DNA from: Candidatus Spongiisociaceae bacterium
Lineage (GTDB): Bacteria; Actinomycetota; Acidimicrobiia; Spongiisociales; Spongiisociaceae
Direction of reading: 5' to 3'
DNA length: 64,000 bases
NCBI GenBank assembly: GCA_965219685.1
Contig: CBDCOH010000002.1
Coordinates: 512,001-576,000 of the forward strand
A program made the position numbers and the translations under genes. Numbering within the stretch: the stretch's first letter is position 1; every line of letters starts with the position of its first letter. Shown here in pieces: positions 40,780-51,953 of the stretch. Below the pieces are notes generated by a model. It did not search any database, had not been told where the DNA came from, and worked only from the letters and a program-made list of their open reading frames with translations.

Positions 40780-42396
40780 GTGCCCGAGTTGAGAGCGGCC
40801 ATCAGATTCCTGGCGACACGCCTCTCGTCTGGATGGACTGTTGTGGCGCTGATTGCGGCTGCCCTCGTGGCTGTCTGGCTGCCCGACCTCGGCCTGCCTC
40901 TCGGCAACAGTGACGACGGCCGCATACTGGGCCTGTTCGGCCTTCAAGCACGCAACTTCTGGGACCTGGGCGCCGTGGACTCGTACTTCGGCGCGGTGGT
41001 CGAGCCATACGTCAACCCGGTGTACGACGTAGCCCCCAGAGCCGACCCACCTCCCGTCGCCGTCAGATACGCCCATCATCCGCCTCTCCAGGTGTTCATG
41101 GCGGTGGTGTCGACGGGCATTCTCGGAGACAGCACCATGGCGCTGCGGGTGCCTGGCCTGCTGGTGGGCGCGGCGACGGTGGCGTTCATGGCGTCGCTGC
41201 TTCGCAGCCGGGACCTGGCCTGGGGACCGACCCTGCTGGCTGTGGCGGCAATGGCGAGCACGGGCTTCTACTACGTATACGGGCGGATCAGCATCAGCTT
41301 CTCGCTGCTGCTGGCCGTCATCGCGGCGGTGTCGTGGGCGTTGCGCAGGGCCAACCCGCGAGGTCGAGACACGCTCGTCGTGGCCGGATTCGCGGCGCTG
41401 GCCGCGATGCAATCCTGGATCGGGATTGCCGCCATGGTGCTGGTGATGCTGTGGCTGCTTGTCGCCGGCCGGGGCGACGATGGTGAAATACCTCTGGGCG
41501 ACTCCCGGCGAAGCGTCGAGGCGGCTGTCACACCACCGCAGCGGAGGCTGCCCGTGTCGTGGTTGTCGGGGCGCCGCCAGCGGTTGCTCGCGGCGGTCGC
41601 CGCGGGCGCGGCGCTCGGCGCCGGCGTCACGGCGCTGTGGATGCTCAACGGCGCCGGAGTCGACGATCTCGCCAACCAGGTGGTCATCCGCACCGGCAAC
41701 GAGGTGCGAGGAGCCAGCGGGTCGTTCACCTTCACCTTCCGCGAGTTCCTGGCCCGACAATGGCGCTTCGCCACCGAGGAGATGCTCGTGCCTGAGTGGC
41801 TACGCGTTCTTCTGGTGCCGTGCCTCCTGGCCGGACTGATCGACCGACGCACAAGGGTACCCACCGCCATAACGCTCGCGGTCGCTGCTGCGATGACGTT
41901 CGGGGTTCAGCAGGGCGCCTGGGTGCACAGGCTGTGGAACTTCCCGTGGCTGGCACCGGTAACCATAGGCTTCGCGGCTCTCGCCGACTGGATCCGCCGG
42001 CTCTTCCCCCGCCATTGGCGACCTATGCCGGCTGTGCTCGCGGCCGTGGTTATCGCGGTCACTCTGGTCGCGGTGGTCGGCGGCTCTACACGGCAGCGCT
42101 ACATCACCGATCCCGCCGACGGGGGAACCGTGCTGGAGCAAGTGGGGAGCCTACCCGGCTCGGAACTGGCATGGTCTGTACCCCCGGTGACCAGCGCTAT
42201 TTGGATCTCCTACTACCTGCCCGTGCGGGTGATGCGCCTCAACGAGGACAATCTCGGCGACTTGGACGAGTCCGACGTGGTGGTTCTTCGATCGGATCGG
42301 GTGCCCGACTTCTTCCCGGAAGGGGCCTTGAGGGACCCGCTTGCCGCTCACAACGATTTCGTGGTTATCTCCGCCTCGAGGCTGCTACCGCAGTGA
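40780..42396 (+). CDS. GT-C fold (ArnT/PMT-like) membrane glycosyltransferase
   Basis: LGNSDDGRI, YAHHPPL, many TM helices; divergent from the DPM1-like donor synthase. Confidence 0.78.
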   Translation: MPELRAAIRFLATRLSSGWTVVALIAAALVAVWLPDLGLPLGNSDDGRILGLFGLQARNFWDLGAVDSYFGAVVEPYVNPVYDVAPRADPPPVAVRYAHHPPLQVFMAVVSTGILGDSTMALRVPGLLVGAATVAFMASLLRSRDLAWGPTLLAVAAMASTGFYYVYGRISISFSLLLAVIAAVSWALRRANPRGRDTLVVAGFAALAAMQSWIGIAAMVLVMLWLLVAGRGDDGEIPLGDSRRSVEAAVTPPQRRLPVSWLSGRRQRLLAAVAAGAALGAGVTALWMLNGAGVDDLANQVVIRTGNEVRGASGSFTFTFREFLARQWRFATEEMLVPEWLRVLLVPCLLAGLIDRRTRVPTAITLAVAAAMTFGVQQGAWVHRLWNFPWLAPVTIGFAALADWIRRLFPRHWRPMPAVLAAVVIAVTLVAVVGGSTRQRYITDPADGGTVLEQVGSLPGSELAWSVPPVTSAIWISYYLPVRVMRLNEDNLGDLDESDVVVLRSDRVPDFFPEGALRDPLAAHNDFVVISASRLLPQ

Positions 42397-42530
42397 CGCC
42401 AAATCCAGGTCATCGGGATCTGGCAATCGGGCTCGTATCTCTCGCGCCGTGACGATCGGAACCGCGAACTCAGGGGCAAGGGCGAGCAGATCCCGGTCGC
42501 CCGTCACCAGGGCGTCGGCCTCGCCGGCGC
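42385..42530 (-). pseudogene. C-terminal remnant of a PIN-domain toxin
   Basis: AGEADALVTGDRDLLAL..IVT is a typical PIN C-terminus; the N-terminal VLDTN part is missing. Confidence 0.7.
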
Positions 42531-42739
42531 GCCCAGGCCACTGCGTCGGTGACATCGATCTCGGACAGGCCCAGTTCGGCAAGGCGTTTCCGTATGGCGT
42601 CGGCTCGGGTCAGGCGCACGGGTGTAAGCACGATACGGCCACGTTCCCTGGTGACATCGAAGTAATCCACCTCCGGGAAGGCCGAAATGACGGCCTTGGG
42701 CAGCGTCAGTTGATTCTTGGAAGTCAGTTTGGCGAGCAT
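42470..42739 (-). CDS. AbrB/MazE/SpoVT-family antitoxin (C-terminus altered by deletion)
   Basis: MLAKLTSKNQLTLPKAV..YFDV..GRIVLTPV..AVAWARR, then reads into the PIN remnant. Confidence 0.8.
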   Translation of the reverse strand: MLAKLTSKNQLTLPKAVISAFPEVDYFDVTRERGRIVLTPVRLTRADAIRKRLAELGLSEIDVTDAVAWARRRGRRPGDGRPGSARPCP

Positions 42740-42793
42740 CTGGGAACTCCGATAGAAAAGGATACAGGGATAACCGAATCCATCCATCACCCA

Positions 42794-44536
42794 CTACCTC
42801 ACAATTGCGAGGACCTCGTCGTTGCGGACGGTGTCGCCAGGTTGGACCCGGAGTTCGATCAGTTCGCCGTCGATCGGGCTGGTGATCTCGTTCTCCATCT
42901 TCATGGCCTCGAGCACGCAGATCTGCTGGTCGGCGTTCACCCGGTCGCCGGCCTTGACGGAGACCTTCACGATGGTGCCCTGCATCGGGGAAACCACTAT
43001 TCCAGGCTCGCTGGACAGCGGCGCGGCCCCCGTACGCCGGGTGGGCGGCTTGCGCGACGGGCGGTCCCCGCCTGCGGGCGTGGATACCTCGGGCACCCAG
43101 TAGGTCACGTCGAAGCGCCGCCCTCCCACCTCCACGGTCATCGCCTTCCTGGCCCTGGCCTGCTCGCTCGGCACCGCATCGCCGCGATCGAATGGTTCGG
43201 GGGTCAGGTTCATCTCGTCCTCGACGAACCGGGTATGAGCCTCTCCGGCTACGAACGTGGGGTGGGAGAGCACGGCCCGATGGGCTGGGATGGTGGTGGC
43301 GACACCTGCCACCCGGTACTCGTCCAGGGCCCGTCTGGCTCGGGCTATGGCCTCGGCCCTCGTCCGGCCCCACACGACTAGCTTGGCCATGAGGTTGTCG
43401 TAGTACTGGCTCACGGTGGTTCCGGGCACGATCCACGAGTCCACCCTCACACCGGGCCCGCCCGGTTCCCTGTACTCGGTCACCGTCCCCGGGGTCGGGC
43501 GGAAGTCGTTGCCGGGATCCTCGGCGTTGATGCGCAACTCGATGGCGTGTCCGTTGACGGGTAGATCGCCGAATGAGACCGGCTCACCCGAGGCGACCGA
43601 CAACTGCTCGGCGACCAGGTCGACTCCTGTCACCATCTCCGTCACGGTGTGCTCCACCTGGAGCCGGGTGTTCATCTCGAGGAAGTAGAAGCTGCCGTCG
43701 GGATTCAGCAGGAACTCCACCGTCCCCGCGTTGAGATAGCCGCACGCCTCGGCAACCGCCAGCGCAGCCTCACCAAGCGAACGGCGTCCCTCCGGGGAGA
43801 GCACCACGGACGGCGCCTCCTCGATCAGCTTCTGGTGCCGTCGTTGCACCGAGCAGTCCCGCTCACCCAGGAACCGGTAGTTGCCGTGGAGGTCGACCAT
43901 GATCTGGGCCTCGATATGCCGGGGGCCGGCCATGTAGGCCTCGAGGTACACGACCGGGTTCCCGAAGTAGGCGGCAGCCTCCCGCTGGGCGCCTTCGATG
44001 GCCTCTGCCAGCTCCCTTCGATTCTCGGCAACCCGTAGACCTTTACCACCGCCGCCGTGGGCGGCCTTGACGGCCACCGGGTAACCGATCCCGTCGGCTA
44101 CGTGCAGGGCGTCGTCGAAGCTCTCGACCGCATCCGTGGTTCCGGGTACCGGCGCCACTCCGGCACGCTCGGCCGTCCTGCGCGAGATGATCTTGTCGCC
44201 CATAGACTCGATTGCGGACGCCGGTGGCCCCACCCATGTGATGCCGGCCTCGGTTACCCGGCGGGCGAACGACGCGTTCTCGGCCAGGAAGCCGTATCCG
44301 GGATGGATGGCCTCGGCGCCTGCCTCCCTCGCAACCTCGACGATCCGCCGGGCGTTGAGGTACGACTCGGAGGCGGGCGCCCCGCCGATGTTCCAAGCCT
44401 CGTCGGCCAACTGTACGTGGAGCGCATCACGGTCCAGTTCCGAATAGACCGCGATCGTGCGCATGCCCAGTTCGCGGGCCGTGCGGATCACCCGGACCGC
44501 GATCTCGCCGCGGTTGGCGACGAGCAGGGAGTTCAC
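42794..44536 (-). CDS. bccA: Acetyl/propionyl-CoA carboxylase alpha subunit (biotin carboxylase plus BCCP)
   Basis: LVANRGEIA, HPGYGFLAEN, GGGGKG, QRRHQK, EMNTRLQVEH, EAMKM. Confidence 0.95.
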   Translation of the reverse strand: MNSLLVANRGEIAVRVIRTARELGMRTIAVYSELDRDALHVQLADEAWNIGGAPASESYLNARRIVEVAREAGAEAIHPGYGFLAENASFARRVTEAGITWVGPPASAIESMGDKIISRRTAERAGVAPVPGTTDAVESFDDALHVADGIGYPVAVKAAHGGGGKGLRVAENRRELAEAIEGAQREAAAYFGNPVVYLEAYMAGPRHIEAQIMVDLHGNYRFLGERDCSVQRRHQKLIEEAPSVVLSPEGRRSLGEAALAVAEACGYLNAGTVEFLLNPDGSFYFLEMNTRLQVEHTVTEMVTGVDLVAEQLSVASGEPVSFGDLPVNGHAIELRINAEDPGNDFRPTPGTVTEYREPGGPGVRVDSWIVPGTTVSQYYDNLMAKLVVWGRTRAEAIARARRALDEYRVAGVATTIPAHRAVLSHPTFVAGEAHTRFVEDEMNLTPEPFDRGDAVPSEQARARKAMTVEVGGRRFDVTYWVPEVSTPAGGDRPSRKPPTRRTGAAPLSSEPGIVVSPMQGTIVKVSVKAGDRVNADQQICVLEAMKMENEITSPIDGELIELRVQPGDTVRNDEVLAIVR

Positions 44537-44660
44537 GAGGTTTCCGTGCGCAGTGGCGAGGAGAGAGAGCATTTCATGGCGGGCGGTCGAGACAGGGGGC
44601 CGCCGGATGGCGGTGCTGGGAAGGGTCGTGGTCTCGCAGGCATGTCTTGTCGTGGCGGTC

Positions 44661-46211
44661 TCAGAGGGGGATGTTTCCGTGCTTCTTGGGCGGGAGGGTG
44701 TCCCGCTTGTTCCGCAACATCTCGAACGCCTTTATCAGCCGGGGACGGGTCTCACGCGGTTCGATCACGTTGTCGACCAACCCCAGTTCCGAGGCGACGT
44801 AGGGGTTGGCGAACCGGCGCTCGTACTCATCGACCAGCGAACTGCGGCGTTCCTCGGGATCGGCGGCGGTGGTTATCTCCCTGCGGTGGATGATATTGAC
44901 GGCTCCTTGCGCACCCATGACCGCGATCTCGGCCGACGGCCACGCGTACACGAGGTCGGCTCCGACTCCGCGGGCGTTCATAACCAGGTAGGCGCCGCCG
45001 TACGACTTGCGGGTGATGACCGTGACCCGGGGTACCGAGGCCTCGCAATAGGCGTAGAGGAGCTTGGCGCCGTGCCGGATGATGCCGCCGTGTTCCTGCT
45101 CCACTCCGGGCAGGAAGCCGGGAACGTCCACAAACGTGCAGATCGGTACGTTGAAGGCGTCGCACACCCTGACGAACCGGGCGGCCTTCTCCGATGCCCT
45201 GATGTCGAGAGTCCCCGCCAGGTGGGACGGTTGGTTGGCGACGATGCCCGTCGAGTAGCCGTTCAGCCGGGCGAAGCCGACGACGATGTTCTTCGCCCAG
45301 TGTTCGTGAACCTCGTAGAACTCCCCGTCGTCCACGACCGCCTCGATGATGTCCACCATGTCGTAGGGTTGGTTGGGAGAGTCGGGGATCATGGAGTCGA
45401 GCCCGTTGTCCACGCGGTCAGGCGAGTCGACCGGGGCGAAGTAGGGGGCCGGCTCCATGTTGTTCTGGGGTAGGAACGACAGCAGGTAACGCACTTCACC
45501 GAGGGCCGCTTCGCCTGAGGTGCACACGAAGTGGGTCACGCCCGACGTGGTGGCGTGGGTGGCGGCGCCCCCCAGCGCCTCGAAGGTCACGTCCTCCCCG
45601 GTGACCGCCTTGATCACGTCGGGCCCGGTGATGAACATGTGGCTGGTGCCGTCCACCTGGTAGACGAAGTCCGTGATGGCGGGGGAGTAGACCGCTCCGC
45701 CGGCGCAGGGGCCCATGATCACCGAGATCTGGGGGATCACGCCCGAGGCGCGTACGTTGCGGTAGAAGATCCTCCCGTAGCCGTCGAGGGCTTGAACACC
45801 TTCCTGGATGCGAGCCCCGCCCGAGTCCTTGAGCCCGATGACGGGAGCCCCGACCTTCATGGCCATGTCCATAACTTTGGTGATCTTGTCGGCGACCGCT
45901 TTGCCGAGACTGCCACCGAACACGGTGAAGTCCTCCGCGAAGAGGAAGACGGTGCGCCCATCGATGGTCCCGTATCCGGTGACCACCGCGTCTCCCAGGG
46001 GTCGCCGATCCTCGATGCCGAAGCCACGCGACTGGTGGCGTACGAAAGTGTCGGTCTCCTGGAAACTGTCCTTGTCGAGCAACAGGCCTATACGCTCGCG
46101 GGCCGTCATCTTCCCCCGCTCGTGCTGGCGGTCGAAGGCGCGCCGGCTCCCGGGCGCTTCGGCCTGCCGGCGGAGTTCGCGGAGTTGTTCTATCCGTTGT
46201 TCGGTGCCCAC
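44661..46211 (-). CDS. pccB: Acyl (propionyl)-CoA carboxylase beta subunit
   Basis: TVFGGSLG, DSGGARIQEG, GPCAGGAVYSPA, DVPGFLPG, PKKHGNIPL. Confidence 0.95.
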   Translation of the reverse strand: MGTEQRIEQLRELRRQAEAPGSRRAFDRQHERGKMTARERIGLLLDKDSFQETDTFVRHQSRGFGIEDRRPLGDAVVTGYGTIDGRTVFLFAEDFTVFGGSLGKAVADKITKVMDMAMKVGAPVIGLKDSGGARIQEGVQALDGYGRIFYRNVRASGVIPQISVIMGPCAGGAVYSPAITDFVYQVDGTSHMFITGPDVIKAVTGEDVTFEALGGAATHATTSGVTHFVCTSGEAALGEVRYLLSFLPQNNMEPAPYFAPVDSPDRVDNGLDSMIPDSPNQPYDMVDIIEAVVDDGEFYEVHEHWAKNIVVGFARLNGYSTGIVANQPSHLAGTLDIRASEKAARFVRVCDAFNVPICTFVDVPGFLPGVEQEHGGIIRHGAKLLYAYCEASVPRVTVITRKSYGGAYLVMNARGVGADLVYAWPSAEIAVMGAQGAVNIIHRREITTAADPEERRSSLVDEYERRFANPYVASELGLVDNVIEPRETRPRLIKAFEMLRNKRDTLPPKKHGNIPL

Positions 46212-46472
46212 ATACTCACCTTTGCTGCTAAGGCTGGCGTCGGACGATCGAGAGGGTGCAAGCAAACGCACCGGCACGGTCCACGATAGGCGCGAGAATC
46301 GCCAGAGACGATTTCCCGATCTAGGCGGCCCGACACGTGCTTCATCCCCATTCCCGCCGTCCCTTAGACCCCCGGGGCCGAACGATGGCTACACCCACGG
46401 GGGTTTCTCCGGTCAAATGGGGATGGATAACATCCGAGGAGCCCCGACCACCGACCACCTGGCACCTGACCA

Positions 46473-47168
46473 ATGTCCAAGCCTTACGAGACGCTGGTTC
46501 TCGAACAGACCACTTCCACCCAGGACGAGGTGCGAAGGCGAATCGACTCCCTTCCGGTGTTGGTGGTCGCCGGTTACCAGACCAAGGGAAGGGGGAGAAC
46601 CGGTGCCGATTGGGTCAACGCGCCGAGGGCTCTGGCCGCCTCGATCGGGTTGCGGCCTGCCTGGCCGTCACCGTCGTGGCCGCTGATCACGCTCGTAGCA
46701 GGCGTAGCAGCCCTTCGATCACTCGGTCGAGCCGCGGCAGGGCTGTCGCTCAAATGGCCCAACGATCTCATGAAGGGCGACGACAAGCTCGGCGGCATCC
46801 TCACCGAGGCTTCGGGCGGGTCGGTGATCGTAGGGTGGGGCGCCAACCTCCACTGGCCTGACCCTCCCGCCGGTAGAGGTGCTGTCTATGCGAGCGATCC
46901 CGGTCCTGACGTGGCGCAAGGCATAGCGGGCCGGTGGGCTGACGGTCTCCTCGGCCTCATGGCGAGTGGTCCGGATGGCTGGCCCTACCACGACTACCGC
47001 CGTCGGTGCTCGACCCTGGGTCGGGAGGTCACATGGAGGCCGAACGGCGTGGGTCGGGCTGTGGACATCTCGCCGGCGGGAGGCTTGGTGGTAGCCACCC
47101 CGGCAGGACGGACAACCCTCGTCTCGGGGTCGGTCTCGGAGGTCCGGCACCGTGGTAGTGAGTGGTGA
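46473..47168 (+). CDS. birA: Biotin-[acetyl-CoA carboxylase] ligase
   Basis: TTSTQD, QTKGRGR, LKWPND, KLGGIL; divergent from pccB. Confidence 0.9.
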   Translation: MSKPYETLVLEQTTSTQDEVRRRIDSLPVLVVAGYQTKGRGRTGADWVNAPRALAASIGLRPAWPSPSWPLITLVAGVAALRSLGRAAAGLSLKWPNDLMKGDDKLGGILTEASGGSVIVGWGANLHWPDPPAGRGAVYASDPGPDVAQGIAGRWADGLLGLMASGPDGWPYHDYRRRCSTLGREVTWRPNGVGRAVDISPAGGLVVATPAGRTTLVSGSVSEVRHRGSEW

Positions 47169-47347
47169 GTAGTGAGTAGTGATGGGTTAGAGCATCCACC
47201 ATTCACGATTCACGATTCACGATTCACGATTCACGATTCACGATTCACGATTCACGATTCACGATTCACGATTCACGATTTACCATTCACGATTCACGAT
47301 TCACGATTCACGATTCACGATTCACCATTCACCATTCACCATTCACC
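47155..47347. repeat. Heptamer array pair: TRGTGAG x4 and ATTCACG/ATTCACC x22
   Basis: Largest array in the window (47194-47347, 22 units); left arm encodes the birA end (GSEW*). Confidence 0.95.
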
Positions 47348-47415
47348 ATCTACAATGATCGAGGTTCGACAATAGGAAGGTCGGACCTCAGGCAACCGCA
47401 GGCTCGGGAGGTGGT

Positions 47416-48156
47416 GTGGCGGTTCTCCAGCATGAGGGGACCATCGAGATCCTCTACCGCGAATTCGCGATGCCCACCGGCGCCCGGTTCACCGAGGGGT
47501 ATTTGGCTCGCCCGGACCGGATCGGGTCCTACCCGTTGGTTGTCCTGCTTCCACCGCTGCGAGGGATCACCCCCTTTGTCAAGGATCTGGCCCGCCGGTT
47601 GGCCAGAAACCGCTACGCGGTGCTGGTCCCCGACCTCACCCGTGGCGCCCACCCCGGGGATGAGGCATCCTTCGACGAGTTGGTCGCCGCCTACCGTCGA
47701 GTACGCGGCCGCCGTGCTCTGGCCGACATAGACGACGCGGTCGCCTTCGCTTTCAACGATCCGGCCGGTTGGGCGAGGGAGGACAAGATCGGTGTGGTCG
47801 GCATCGACGTCGGGGGCCGGTTCGCGATCACCTATGCAGCCCACCGTCGGCGTCTGGTCGGGGCACTCTGCGTCGCCTACGCCCCGCTCGCGGGGGACGA
47901 GGACCGCGATTTGCAGGTGGCCGACGCGTTGGGGATGTTGCCGATGGCGGTCCTAGGCCTCTACGGCGCCGAGGATGAGTTGGTCCCTGCCGAAGGAGTG
48001 GACGAGGCGCAGCGACGCAATCGGCACGGCAAGTGGATCCTCTACGAGGGGGTCGGGCATGACTTTCTCGACGACGACTCTGCTTCGTACCATCACGGCG
48101 CGGCAGGCGACATGATCTCCCGTCTCCTGGCGCTGCTCGCGGCGACCCTCGGATAG
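47416..48156 (+). CDS. Dienelactone hydrolase family alpha/beta hydrolase with atypical nucleophile
   Basis: GYLARP, ARRLARNRYAVLVPDL, IGVVGIDVGG, LGLYGAED, YEGVGHDF. Confidence 0.82.
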   Translation: MAVLQHEGTIEILYREFAMPTGARFTEGYLARPDRIGSYPLVVLLPPLRGITPFVKDLARRLARNRYAVLVPDLTRGAHPGDEASFDELVAAYRRVRGRRALADIDDAVAFAFNDPAGWAREDKIGVVGIDVGGRFAITYAAHRRRLVGALCVAYAPLAGDEDRDLQVADALGMLPMAVLGLYGAEDELVPAEGVDEAQRRNRHGKWILYEGVGHDFLDDDSASYHHGAAGDMISRLLALLAATLG

Positions 48157-48167
48157 GAGCTTCTCCC

Positions 48168-49088
48168 ATGCGCATATCGATCATGTTCGGTTCTGACGCC
48201 CTGGGAATCCTTCGGCCCCCCGACCAAGTGGCAGAGGACGCAGTCGCAGCCGAGAAGGAAGGCTTCGCCTCGGCTTGGTGCACGCACATCACCCGCGGGA
48301 TCGACTCCCTCACCACGCTGGCGGTCGCCGCCCGGGCCACGTCGCGGATCGAACTCGGGGTCGGCGTGGTGCCCAGCTACCCGCGCCATCCGATGGCTCT
48401 GGCCCAGTCCGCCGCCACGCTCCAGGCGCTGGCAGGAGGACGGTTCGTCCTGGGAGTGGGGGTGTCCCACCGCCCGGTGATCGAGGGGATGCACGGGCTC
48501 GACTACTCCAGCCAGATAGGTCACCTGCGCGAGTACCTGACGGTCCTGAACGGCTTGCTGACCGACGGCTCTGTCAGCTTCGAGGGGGAGCACTACCGGG
48601 TACATGGTGAGTTCACGGTTCCGGGAACCTCCGCGGTGCCGGTGATAGTGGGCGCTCTCGCAGAGCGGATGTGCCGGCTGGGGGGCGAGATGGCCGACGG
48701 TGTGACCACCTGGCTGGCAGGTCCGAAGTCGCTCGAGGAGGTGGTGGTCCCCGCGGTCACCGATGGGGCCGAGGAAGCCGGGAAGCCCCCACCTAGGGTG
48801 CTGGCCGGGATTCCGGTGGCGGTCGATCCGGACCCCGACCGGGCACACGAGGCGACCGCCCGGGTGTTCGGTCGCTACGGCATGCTCGTCAACTACCGCC
48901 GACTCTTCGAGCGGGAGGGTGTAGACGGACCGGTTGGCCTGGCGATCACCGGGAACGCGAGCACCGTTACGGCCCGCATACAGGATCTCTTCGATGCCGG
49001 CGCCACCGACGTGTGGGCCGTGCCCTTCGACACGGGATGTGGTACCGGCGCAACCAGGGAGCTCCTACTCGACCTAGCAAGGTCGTGA
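48168..49088 (+). CDS. LLM-class F420-dependent oxidoreductase
   Basis: ATSRIELGVGVVPSYPRHP, GRFVLGVGVSH, LREYLTVL, ADG. Confidence 0.88.
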   Translation: MRISIMFGSDALGILRPPDQVAEDAVAAEKEGFASAWCTHITRGIDSLTTLAVAARATSRIELGVGVVPSYPRHPMALAQSAATLQALAGGRFVLGVGVSHRPVIEGMHGLDYSSQIGHLREYLTVLNGLLTDGSVSFEGEHYRVHGEFTVPGTSAVPVIVGALAERMCRLGGEMADGVTTWLAGPKSLEEVVVPAVTDGAEEAGKPPPRVLAGIPVAVDPDPDRAHEATARVFGRYGMLVNYRRLFEREGVDGPVGLAITGNASTVTARIQDLFDAGATDVWAVPFDTGCGTGATRELLLDLARS

Positions 49089-49213
49089 GTGGTGAGTGGT
49101 GAGTGGTGAGTGGTGAGTTGTGAATGGTGAGTGGCGAGTAGTGACTTAGACTACCACAACCAACAACTAACAACTAACAACTAACAACTAACAACTAACA
49201 ACTAACAACTAAC
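49085..49213. repeat. Heptamer array pair: GTGAGTG x~9 and CAACTAA x8
   Basis: Lies between convergent stops (LLM ARS*, comA EEWC*); each arm starts at a stop codon. Confidence 0.95.
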
Positions 49214-50042
49214 ACCATTCCTCCGGCTCGGGCCGATCGATCTCCAGGACCTTCTGCTCCTCCAAACGGGCCGTGACGGATCTCAGCGTCTCGTAACGCA
49301 GCCCGGAACGCAACGCTTCCAGCGCCAGGACCCGTTCCGGGGCGATGTTCCCGAGGCTCACGTTCATGCCGAAGCGGTCGATCAGCGTGGTCTGCTGTTC
49401 CTTGAGCGGCGCCTCCCAGACCAGCCGGTGGTTGGCCTCGCCGATACGGGCCGCGACGGTCTCCACCGCCTCGAGGTCGACGTGGCCGGCGGTGTCGTAC
49501 ACGCCGACTCCCGTTCCCGACTCGCGTCCTTCCATTACCACCCACGATGAGCCCCACTCGAGATCGCTCAGCACCTGGGAGGCCAGGTCGTCGGGATCGG
49601 GCTGGGTCTCCGGGTCCTTCTTGCCCACCTCGCTGATCACGATCAGGTCGGCGCTGAGACCGCATTCGATAGCCCGCCTCCGCCGTTCGGGGGGTAGGTC
49701 GAAGGTGCCCTCCGAAATCTCGACGGCGGTGAAGCCCATGCGGCGGGCGGCGCGCATGTAGTGCCGGCAGTGCCGGTGGGCGGTGGCGGCCTCGAATAGG
49801 GTTCCACCGGGGAAGGTGAGGGTTCCGGTTGAGTTGATCAGTTCCAGCTTCTTCCGCAGGACGGGCTCTGGTACCAGTGCCGAAGTGCCGAAGCTGAGCT
49901 TCCAGTGGTCGATCCACTGGCCGGCCATGTCCAGGAGTTCCGCGGTCTGCGACAAGCCGAGACCGGTGTCGATCACCATGGTGATGCCACGGGCGCGTGG
50001 CTTCCCGGTCCGGCCGGTGCGTACCTCCTCGGCGACGGCCAA
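49209..50042 (-). CDS. comA: Phosphosulfolactate synthase (CoM biosynthesis, ComA/XcbB)
   Basis: KPRARGITMVIDTG, KLSFGTS, GGTLFE, VEISEG, SEVGKK, EGRESG, WEAP, NVSLGNI, LEALRSGLR. Confidence 0.93.
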   Translation of the reverse strand: MAVAEEVRTGRTGKPRARGITMVIDTGLGLSQTAELLDMAGQWIDHWKLSFGTSALVPEPVLRKKLELINSTGTLTFPGGTLFEAATAHRHCRHYMRAARRMGFTAVEISEGTFDLPPERRRRAIECGLSADLIVISEVGKKDPETQPDPDDLASQVLSDLEWGSSWVVMEGRESGTGVGVYDTAGHVDLEAVETVAARIGEANHRLVWEAPLKEQQTTLIDRFGMNVSLGNIAPERVLALEALRSGLRYETLRSVTARLEEQKVLEIDRPEPEEWC

Positions 50043-50071
50043 GTCGTACCAGCCGGGCCGGTCCCCGGGGT

Positions 50072-51753
<1,682 letters not shown>

Positions 51754-51953
51754 TTATCGACCGAGAACTCCCGACGGTCGTCTCAGGGTGGGCGCCGTAC
51801 GAGCCTCATCCCACACCGGCGTGCCTCTGGTATCTGTCAGCCATGGATTGTACCCGAACGACCGGTGAGGACTGCCCGCTCCCGGCCCTTAGGCCCGTGC
51901 TGTCGGTTCCACTCCCTTCCTCGCCGGTTGTCTGACAAGTAAGGTAGGTAGGG

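Noticed and set aside
44537-44660. Acyl-CoA carboxylase epsilon subunit between pccB and bccA
   Set aside because: No ORF with the expected motif was found.
47194-47347. Possible CRISPR array
   Set aside because: Contiguous 7-mers with no spacers, and no cas genes in the window.
47172-47375. ORF of FTIHDSR repeats (also the THHSPLT and ATGYRLP ORFs at 25833, 27698, 48967, 23946)
   Set aside because: These are translations of the 7-bp arrays, not credible proteins.
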